DNA of 40,822 nucleotides from an uncultured Selenomonadales bacterium (GTDB lineage Bacteria; Bacillota; Negativicutes; Selenomonadales; Selenomonadaceae): NCBI GenBank assembly GCA_947165185.1, contig CAMUZL010000001.1, positions 1 to 40,822 of the forward strand, read 5' to 3'. Shown piece by piece: positions 34,488 to 40,822 of this stretch (position 1 is its first letter; each line of letters starts with the position of its first letter). The notes under the pieces were generated by a model. It saw only the letters and a program-made list of their open reading frames with translations, ran no database searches and was not told where the DNA came from. The position numbers and the translations under genes were made by a program.

Positions 34488-34515
34488 GGACTAGGAGCCG
34501 GGGACTAGGGACTAG
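34485..34515. repeat. heptanucleotide tandem repeat (TAGGGAC-like) x4.4, starting at the ilvN stop codon
   Basis: The sequence reads tagggac taggagc cggggac tagggac tag. Confidence 0.8.
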
Positions 34516-34522
34516 TTTATAA

Positions 34523-34546
34523 CGCGATTAACGTCGCGATTTTTTT
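34523..34546 (+). terminator. rho-independent terminator of ilvN
   Basis: cgcga ttaacg tcgcg, followed by a and T7. Confidence 0.7.
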
Positions 34547-34549
34547 ACG

Positions 34550-34578
34550 AAAAAAGCCGCACCTCGTCAGGTACGGCT
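34550..34578 (-). terminator. rho-independent terminator of the minus-strand GTPase C-terminal fragment
   Basis: The minus strand reads agccgtac ctgacgag gtgcggct (one G-U pair) followed by tttttcg. Confidence 0.65.
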
Positions 34579-34599
34579 GAAAATTTTTCAAGACAACGG

Positions 34600-34990
34600 T
34601 TAATTTTTTGGCGAAGAAATTTCCGCGATTAAATCTTCCGTCCGACTGAGCAGTCGGCTGAGATTGTCGGATTTAATTTTGATTTGTTCGCGTTCGACGT
34701 TGACGGCTTTAATTGCCTTGTCGCATTCGGTGACAACCGCGCCGATATTTTTTTCCGCCCAAAGTTTTGCGTTGTCGTTCATCGCGTTATAAATTTCGTC
34801 TGCAACGGCGTCAAAATTTTTCATGATTCTTTGACGTTCGGTCTGCAAAAGTTCTTTAAGCTCTTGGGCATCGTTGGCGGCTTTGACTTCCAAACCGACG
34901 GCAACAACCGCGCCCGCAGCTCCCAAAACTTTGCCGATTGTGCCGGCGTTTCTTGCGAAAGCTGCGCCCAATTTCTGCCAAAAAGTCGGC
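34600..34990 (-). pseudogene. C-terminal fragment of a GTPase-associated protein (hydrophobic segment plus coiled coil), 5'-truncated
   Basis: The translation reads ...GTIGKVLGAAGAVVAVGLEVKAANDAQELKELLQTERQRIMKNFD... There is no RBS or credible start, and the 5' end abuts the IS3 remnant. The link to the 21161-21811 fragment is inferential. Confidence 0.4.
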
Positions 34991-34996
34991 GGCGGC

Positions 34997-35202
34997 GAAA
35001 TTCTCACGACCAAACAGGTCAAAGCCTTGCAAAAACGTCCGGCTCAACTCGAAGAGGAAAACCTCATTAAAAAAAAAGCGATTGCTATATTCACGCCACA
35101 GTTCGACAAAGGTTAAATGCGGTTCACCGCCTCCGCTTTGAGCACAAAATAAAAACGCTCTGCAGGGTGCTAAAAGTCATTCAATCCAAACGAGCCGAAT
35201 AA
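34997..35202 (+). mobile_element. IS3-family insertion sequence remnant (end of orfA, slippery A-run, start of orfB)
   Basis: The OrfA-like tail is EILTTKQVKALQKRPAQLEEENLIKKKAIAIFTPQ. An A9 run at 35069-35077 precedes G. The -1 frame continues open as SDCYIHATVRQRLNAVHRLRFEHKIKTLCRVLKV, which resembles IS3 OrfB N-termini. Both ends are truncated and no inverted repeats are present. Confidence 0.6.
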
Positions 35203-35387
35203 AAGTTGGGTATATTGAGAGCTTTTACAACAGCAAGCGACCTCATTTCGCCATCAATTTTCTTTCCCCCAATATTTTTGAAGATATTTTTTTCTCTACC
35301 ATCTGATTTCCTGTCCACTTTATTGACTATGATCCATGGGGATTTAATCGCAAAAAAGTTTTCGTGAAGACAATTTTTCGCCGTCAA

Positions 35388-35416
35388 GTGACAAAAATTT
35401 TCCCGCGTGCTATACT
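35388..35416 (+). promoter_or_regulatory. sigma70 promoter with extended -10 for the UPF0291-proC operon
   Basis: GTGACA (35388-35393), 17 nt, TATACT (35411-35416) preceded by TGc. Confidence 0.55.
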
Positions 35417-35447
35417 GCCGAAAAAATTTTCGTCGGAGGCATTTTAA

Positions 35448-35636
35448 ATGATAACGCCCGAACTTTTGGCTCGAATAAATGAATTGGCGCGCAAGAAACG
35501 CACGGTCGGCTTGTCGGAGGACGAACTTGCCGAACAGAAAAAACTTTACGCGATTTATTTGGCGGCGATACGCGGTCAAGTGGAAAATTTACTCGAAAGC
35601 ATTGAATTTGTTGATGGGGAGGCAAAAAAATCATGA
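35448..35636 (+). CDS. UPF0291/DUF896 family small protein (YnzC-like)
   Basis: 62 aa. The pattern RINELARKKRTVGLSEDELAEQKKLYAIYLAAIRGQVENLL is typical of DUF896. GGAGG RBS. Confidence 0.75.
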   Translation: MITPELLARINELARKKRTVGLSEDELAEQKKLYAIYLAAIRGQVENLLESIEFVDGEAKKS

Positions 35637-36415
35637 AAACTGTCGGATTTATCGGCGGCGGAGCCCTTGCGGAATCGATTCTGCGCGGGATTTGCGGCAA
35701 AACTTTTGATCAGGAAAATATTTTCGTCGCGGAATGTCGTGAAGCGCGTGCGGCGGAGTTAATTGTTCGTTACGGCATCAAAGTTTCGTCCGAGGCGAAC
35801 TTTTTGGACAAAATTGAGCTTTTGATTGTCGCCGTGAAGCCCAAAGACGCCGAAAAAGTTTTTAAATCGCTCACGGGCAAAATTCCCGCGTCGACGATTG
35901 TCAGTTACACGGTTGCAGGCTTGAAAATCGCGACGGTCGAAAAATTTTTGCCCGAAAATAAAATCGTGCGCCTGATGCCGAATGTCGCGGTCTCCGTCGG
36001 CGAAAGCATGACGGCTTACGCGCTCAACGCCAAAGCTTTTGATTCCGGCGACGCGATAAAAAATTTCTGGTTGACGCTCGGTCGGGCTGTCGAAGTCGAC
36101 GAAAATTTGATGGACGCGGTGACGGGTTTGAGCGGTTCCGGCCCCGCATTTGCGTTTTTGGCGATTGACGCGCTTGCTGACGGCGGAGTTGCGGCGGGCT
36201 TGTCGCGGGCAATGGCGATTGAACTTGCGGCACAAACTTTGCTCGGCGCGGCTAAAATGGTTTTGGCGGGCGAACATCCCGACGTTTTGCGCGACAAAGT
36301 CACCAGCCCCGCAGGCACCACGATTGAAGGCGTGCGAGTTTTGGAACGCGGCGGCGTGCGCAGTTCGTTTATCGAGGCGGTTCTTGCGGCAACGGAAAAA
36401 TCCAAATCGCTGTAA
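35633..36415 (+). CDS. proC: pyrroline-5-carboxylate reductase
   Basis: N-terminal Rossmann motif VGFIGGGALAESI. C-terminal SPAGTTIEG motif. A 4-nt overlap with the upstream gene. Confidence 0.9.
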   Translation: MKTVGFIGGGALAESILRGICGKTFDQENIFVAECREARAAELIVRYGIKVSSEANFLDKIELLIVAVKPKDAEKVFKSLTGKIPASTIVSYTVAGLKIATVEKFLPENKIVRLMPNVAVSVGESMTAYALNAKAFDSGDAIKNFWLTLGRAVEVDENLMDAVTGLSGSGPAFAFLAIDALADGGVAAGLSRAMAIELAAQTLLGAAKMVLAGEHPDVLRDKVTSPAGTTIEGVRVLERGGVRSSFIEAVLAATEKSKSL

Positions 36416-36436
36416 ATTTTTCGGGAGGCAAACTTT

Positions 36437-36697
36437 TTGAGCATCTTTAACGAAATTTTTCGGACGGACGGGCGATTAAATCGTTTGCGCTATCTGAAAT
36501 ATATGATTCTGTTGGCAATCGTCGCGAGCATTTCAACTTTCGTGATGTCGTCGATGCTGACGTTTTTCACGGGCAACCACGAAAGCCCTGCCGTCATGCT
36601 GGTAACTTTGATGTGGGCGTTAATCGCGGGCGCGGGCAACGTCATGTTGATGATTCGCCGCCTGCACGACTTGGGCAAAAATGTTGCGCTATTTTAA
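36437..36697 (+). CDS. DUF805-like membrane protein, lacks the usual C-terminal part
   Basis: N-terminal GRLNRLRYLKY motif and RRLHDLGKN motif, then a stop. TTG start with a GGGAGG RBS. Confidence 0.55.
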   Translation: MSIFNEIFRTDGRLNRLRYLKYMILLAIVASISTFVMSSMLTFFTGNHESPAVMLVTLMWALIAGAGNVMLMIRRLHDLGKNVALF

Positions 36698-37007
36698 ATC
36701 TCAAGTGATTCTTGCGCTGGCTTCCGCGTTGATTAGCCTTGCATTCGCTCTTGTGGGGCAAGTACTGTTCGGCAACCCCGAAAGTTTTTTGGTAGTGGTG
36801 CCGGCGGGAATTTGTTCGCTCGTCGCGGGTATCGGCGGAATTATGCTCAGCATTCGTCGCCTGCACGATTTGAATAAAAGCGGCTGGTTTTTGCTGTTGT
36901 CGCTTGTCCCGCTCGTCAACATAATTTTTGCGTTTTACATGTGGCTTGCGCCGGGCACCAACGGTTGGAACGATTACGGCGAAGATCCTTTGGCGAACGA
37001 ATATTAA
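36681..37007 (+). CDS. DUF805-like membrane protein, lacks the usual N-terminal motif
   Basis: IRRLHDLNKSGWFLLLSLVPLVNIIF motif. The ATG overlaps the A5 run at 36677-36681. No clear RBS. Confidence 0.55.
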   Translation: MLRYFKSQVILALASALISLAFALVGQVLFGNPESFLVVVPAGICSLVAGIGGIMLSIRRLHDLNKSGWFLLLSLVPLVNIIFAFYMWLAPGTNGWNDYGEDPLANEY

Positions 37008-37022
37008 TCGGAGGGAAAATTT

Positions 37023-39383
37023 TTGGCTGAACTTTTGGCACCTGCGGGAAGTTTCGAGGCACTCAAGGCCGCTGTCGAATCCGGAGCCGACGCCGTTTAT
37101 CTTGCGGGCGAAAAATTCGGTGCACGGGCTTACGCGGAAAATTTTGCGGGCGACACGTTGATTGACGCCGTCAAGTTTGCTCACCTGCGCGGCACGGCGA
37201 TTCACGTCACGACAAACACAATCGTCGCGGATTCGGAGCTTGACGAGTTGGCGGAGTATCTGAAATTTTTGCGGCGTGCGAACGTCGACGCGCTGTTGAT
37301 TCAAGATTTGGGCGTTGCGTCCGTTGCGAAAGAAGTCGCGCCCGAAATTCCGTTGCACGCCTCAACGCAAATGTCGATTCACAACCTCGAAGGCGTCAAA
37401 GCTTTGGCGGAGCTGGGATTTTCCCGCGCAGTTTTGAGCCGCGAAATGACGCTCGACGAAATTTCAAAAATTTGTCACGCGTCACCGATTGAGACCGAAA
37501 TTTTTATTCACGGCGCGTTGTGCGTGTGCTGGTCGGGACAATGCCTGATGAGTTCGCTAATCGGCGGGCGTTCCGGAAATCGCGGGCGTTGCGCTCAGCC
37601 GTGCCGCCTGCCTTATGAGCTTGTCGACGAACGCGGACAAAATCTTTTGAGCGACGCGGGAAAATTTTTGCTCAGCCCGAAAGATTTAAACACGCTCGAT
37701 TTATTGCCGAAACTCGTTGAAACGGGCGTGACTTCGCTGAAAATTGAAGGCCGCATGAAACGCCCCGAATATGTTGCCACCGTCGTTAAAGTTTATCGGG
37801 ACGCGCTCGACAAAAAATTTTCGACGCCCGAAGATAATCGCAAGCTCGCGCAGATTTTTAACCGCGACTTCACCACGGCTTATCTCGAAAAAAATCCCGG
37901 CAAAAATTTAATCAGCGACACCCGCCCGAACAATCGCGGCGTTTTAAGCGGGCGCGTCGTTGAAGTCACACGCGACAAAATTATTTTGAAACTTGCCGAC
38001 GAAATTCACGCGGGCGATCAAATTGAAATTTGGGTAAAAGTCGGCGGACGCGTCACGTTCACGGCGGAAGATTTTTCGATTGACGGCGATAAATGCACGT
38101 TGAAAGTCCCGAACACTCGCGGCGTGCGCGTTCACGACAGAGCATTTAAAATTTTTGACGCGGAATTGACTGCCGAAGCCCGAAAATTTTTTACCGGCTC
38201 GCCCGTGCGGAAAATTTCTGTCGACGCAAAAATCACCGCGAAAATCGGCGACGCGTTGACTTTGACGTTGACGGACGCCGACGGGAATTCCGCGACGGCT
38301 CGGACGAATTTTATCTGCGAACGCGCCAAAAATCGCCCGCTGACTTCGGAGACGCTCGCCAAACAAATAGGACGGCTCGGCAATTCGATTTTCGCGCTTG
38401 GAAAAATTTCTGCCGACATTGACGCGAATTTAATGGTGCCTGTCAGCGAACTGAACGACGTGCGCCGAAAAGTTGTCGACGAACTGGAAACTTTGCGGCT
38501 GAAAAAATTTTCGCGTGCAGTCGTCAAACCCGTTGCCCGAAAAATTTTCCCGCCGTGTGAATTTGAATCTACAAAAATCGTCGCGCAAGTCGACACACCC
38601 GAAAAAATTAAAATCGCACTGGACGCGGGCGCAGACGAAATTTTATTCGGCGGCGAAACTTTCACGAATCAGCCCGTCAAAAATCTTTCGGCGGCGATTG
38701 AACTTGTACACGCTCGCGGGAAAAAATTTTCACTGTCGACACCGCGTCTCGTCCGTGAACACGAAATATCCGCGCTCGAAAAAATTTTGCCCGCCGAAGT
38801 CGACGCGATTTATATTCACAACCTCGGCACGCTCAGCCTCGCGAAAAAATTTTCCGCCGCCGAAATTCGCACGGATTTTTCGCTGATAGTTTTCAACGCC
38901 GCGACGATAAATTTTTTGCGTTCAATCGGCGTTAAAGGCGTGACGCTGTCGCCCGAATTAAATCTTGCGCAAGTCAAAGCACTGGCGAAAATTTCCCCGT
39001 TGCCCGTCGAGTGTATCGTCCACGGGCGGCAAGAACTGATGATTTCGGCTTATTGCATGCTCGGAAGTTTTCTCGGCGGTTTGGACAAAAAAAATTGCCC
39101 GCACGTTTGTCGCACGAAAAAATTTTTTCTGCGCGACCGCATGGGCGAAAAATTTCCTGTCGTCACCGACCAATTTTGTCGAATGCACATTTTGAACGCG
39201 AAAACTTTATCGATGATTGAGCACCGCAACGAATTTGACGGCGTGGCGCGAATTCGCATTGACTGCCGCGCACTGTCGAACGAAGAAACTTCAAAAATTG
39301 TTCGCGCTTATAAGTTCGGCGGCACGGAGATTGAAAATTTTACTCGCGGACATTTTTTCCGAGGCGTCACCGAAATTTCATAA
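37023..39383 (+). CDS. peptidase U32 family protein (long, 786-aa form)
   Basis: N-terminal ELLAPAGSFEALKAAVESGADAVYLAG and the Cys-rich ALCVCWSGQCLMSS...GNRGRCAQPCR motif are typical of U32. TTG start with a GGAGGGA RBS. Confidence 0.88.
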   Translation: MAELLAPAGSFEALKAAVESGADAVYLAGEKFGARAYAENFAGDTLIDAVKFAHLRGTAIHVTTNTIVADSELDELAEYLKFLRRANVDALLIQDLGVASVAKEVAPEIPLHASTQMSIHNLEGVKALAELGFSRAVLSREMTLDEISKICHASPIETEIFIHGALCVCWSGQCLMSSLIGGRSGNRGRCAQPCRLPYELVDERGQNLLSDAGKFLLSPKDLNTLDLLPKLVETGVTSLKIEGRMKRPEYVATVVKVYRDALDKKFSTPEDNRKLAQIFNRDFTTAYLEKNPGKNLISDTRPNNRGVLSGRVVEVTRDKIILKLADEIHAGDQIEIWVKVGGRVTFTAEDFSIDGDKCTLKVPNTRGVRVHDRAFKIFDAELTAEARKFFTGSPVRKISVDAKITAKIGDALTLTLTDADGNSATARTNFICERAKNRPLTSETLAKQIGRLGNSIFALGKISADIDANLMVPVSELNDVRRKVVDELETLRLKKFSRAVVKPVARKIFPPCEFESTKIVAQVDTPEKIKIALDAGADEILFGGETFTNQPVKNLSAAIELVHARGKKFSLSTPRLVREHEISALEKILPAEVDAIYIHNLGTLSLAKKFSAAEIRTDFSLIVFNAATINFLRSIGVKGVTLSPELNLAQVKALAKISPLPVECIVHGRQELMISAYCMLGSFLGGLDKKNCPHVCRTKKFFLRDRMGEKFPVVTDQFCRMHILNAKTLSMIEHRNEFDGVARIRIDCRALSNEETSKIVRAYKFGGTEIENFTRGHFFRGVTEIS

Positions 39384-39384
39384 C

Positions 39385-39421
39385 AAAAAATCCCCGCCAC
39401 AATCGACGGGGAAATTTTTTT
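39385..39421. terminator. bidirectional terminator between convergent genes
   Basis: A6 run, hairpin tccccgcc acaat cgacgggga (39391-39411), then aaa and T7. Confidence 0.65.
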
Positions 39422-39434
39422 GCCGAAAAATATT

Positions 39435-40010
39435 TCAAAGCTGAAGTTCGTCGGCGCGTTCACTCATGCCTTTAATGCAAAGTTCCATCAAAGTTCCAAG
39501 CTCAAGCCCCAAATCGTCCGCGCCGCGCTGAATGACTTCGCGATCACATTTTGCGGCAAAACGTTTGTCCTTGAATTTTTTCTTGAGACTTTTGACGGAC
39601 ATGCCCGCCATTTTTTCGGGACGCATGAGCGCGTAAGCGTGAACAATGCCCGTAAGTTCGTCGACGGCGAACAAACTTTTTTGGCAATCGGTTTCGGGTT
39701 TGATGTCCGCGCCCGTCAAGCCGTAGCCGTGCGAAATTATCGTGGTGATGTCGTCTTCGGAAATTCCTTCGGGCTCAAGAAGTTCGCGAACGTGCTGACA
39801 ATGTTCGTCGGGGAATTTTTCAAAGTCCACGTCGTGAAGGTAGCCGATAGCCGACCAGTGCTCTTTGTCGCCGCCGAAATGTTCAGCCAACGCGCCCATT
39901 GCCGCACTGACCGCCGCCGCGTGTACAAACAAATGCGGCTCGGTGACGTGCTTGCTCAAAATTTCTTTCGCTCGTTCCAAAGTTAAATTGCTCAAGTTAA
40001 AAACCTCCAA
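39435..40010 (-). CDS. HD-domain metal-dependent phosphohydrolase
   Basis: 191 aa, with an H...HD pattern (HLFVHAAAV ... GYLHDVDFEKFPDEH). Confidence 0.75.
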   Translation of the reverse strand: MEVFNLSNLTLERAKEILSKHVTEPHLFVHAAAVSAAMGALAEHFGGDKEHWSAIGYLHDVDFEKFPDEHCQHVRELLEPEGISEDDITTIISHGYGLTGADIKPETDCQKSLFAVDELTGIVHAYALMRPEKMAGMSVKSLKKKFKDKRFAAKCDREVIQRGADDLGLELGTLMELCIKGMSERADELQL

Positions 40011-40013
40011 AAG

Positions 40014-40822
40014 TCAAAGTAATTCTTTTTGCTTCGCTCGATAAAAGTCCTCGAAAATTTTCAGCACCTCGCGGCGAATTTCCTCGCCGTCGCCTTCGTG
40101 AAGAATTTCGATAAAACCCCAGCGATCAAGCAACACGGACGCAATGTGCCCGATAGTTTCCAGCGCATATTCGTCGGCGTCAAGCGGGGCAAGCAACACA
40201 ATCGCCGTGCGCACGACTTCGCCGCCCGCAGGATATTCAAAGCCGTCGCCGAGTTGAAGAATCCCGAACGAAGCCGCTTTAACCGCAGCACTTTTGCAGT
40301 GCAACAAAATCATATGCCGCCCGACAATCAGCGTGGAGCCGGCATCTTCGCGCAGAAGCAACGATTTAGAAATTTCTTCGCGTGTTTGAATGTCTTTGCC
40401 CGCCAAATTTCCCGCAAGTTCGCAGGCCTCGTTGATGTCTGAAATGTTTTTGCGGACGAAAAAATAATTCGTCATGAGTTGCAAAATCGCTCGCCCGTAA
40501 GAAGTCAATTTCGTCAACGCGTCGATAAACGGCGGGCGCGGCTCAATTTCTTCGGCACTGCCCAAAAATTTTTTGTTCTGGCGCGAAAGTTCCGCGTCAA
40601 TTTTTTTTCGGTCTTCGTCAATCAGCGCGGCACTCACAACCAAAACGCGACATTTTGCGCGGGGAATCGGCACGGTTGAAATAATGAAGTCGAAATCTTT
40701 CGCGGCAATGTATTCGGCGGTCAATTCGAGAATCGGAACTTCGTCAACGATTTTGATTGTCGGGAAATTTGCGCGCAGACGGCTCGCCAAAAGTCGCGAA
40801 GTGCCCATGCCCGTCGGACAGG
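40014..40822 (-). CDS. BglG/MtlR-type PRD-family transcriptional regulator, C-terminal EIIB-like and EIIA-like domains (partial; 5' end outside the window)
   Basis: The reading frame runs to the window edge. CPTGMGTSRLLASRL is the EIIB-type Cys motif. The C-terminal ~150 aa resemble PTS EIIA-2 (GRHMILLHCKS). Confidence 0.7.
   Translation of the reverse strand, partial: CPTGMGTSRLLASRLRANFPTIKIVDEVPILELTAEYIAAKDFDFIISTVPIPRAKCRVLVVSAALIDEDRKKIDAELSRQNKKFLGSAEEIEPRPPFIDALTKLTSYGRAILQLMTNYFFVRKNISDINEACELAGNLAGKDIQTREEISKSLLLREDAGSTLIVGRHMILLHCKSAAVKAASFGILQLGDGFEYPAGGEVVRTAIVLLAPLDADEYALETIGHIASVLLDRWGFIEILHEGDGEEIRREVLKIFEDFYRAKQKELL

Noticed and set aside
35181-35579. 132-aa minus-strand ORF.
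   Set aside because: It overlaps the IS3 relic, the UPF0291 promoter and the UPF0291 gene itself in antisense, and it has no RBS.
36642-37358. 238-aa minus-strand ORF.
   Set aside because: It is antisense to the DUF805 and U32 genes, with an Arg/Gln-rich translation and no RBS.
1-40822. Very frequent AAAATTTT / GAAAATTTTT strings throughout genes and spacers.
   Set aside because: They occur in coding regions in frame (K-I-F, K-N-F, E-K-F codon pairs) as well as in terminators. They look like a compositional and codon-usage signature rather than a discrete element.

Overview
Bacterial chromosomal window with housekeeping genes of a Firmicutes-like organism (aroA'-cmk-plsC, tkt, ilvN, UPF0291-proC, U32 peptidase, PRD/EIIB/EIIA regulator). 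It is dominated by an accessory family of five paralogous giant RTX/beta-roll repeat proteins. Four lie head-to-tail on the minus strand (1910-18664); the fourth is disrupted by a nonsense codon and a homopolymer frameshift. A fifth lies at 30816-33782. Three carry a thermolysin-like HExxH...ExxxD (gluzincin-type) domain: N-terminal in one, embedded mid-protein in another, catalytically degenerate in the third. The genes are built from perfect 351-513 bp tandem repeats, with runs of about 400 bp at 100% identity. Two of them share near-identical 3' ends, suggesting ongoing expansion and gene conversion. Other content: a family-5 ABC importer without permease genes, a SAM methyltransferase and a hybrid histidine kinase with two receiver domains. 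There is also a promoter-to-terminator ~300-nt candidate structured ncRNA of unknown class (30448-30746). A decayed, apparently split GTPase gene sits next to an IS3-family remnant (possible ~13-kb inversion), and intergenic regions carry unusual heptanucleotide tandem repeats. No rRNA, tRNA or CRISPR array was recognised. All functional calls come from motif-level reading of the translations and manual base-pair inspection; no database search or folding program was run.
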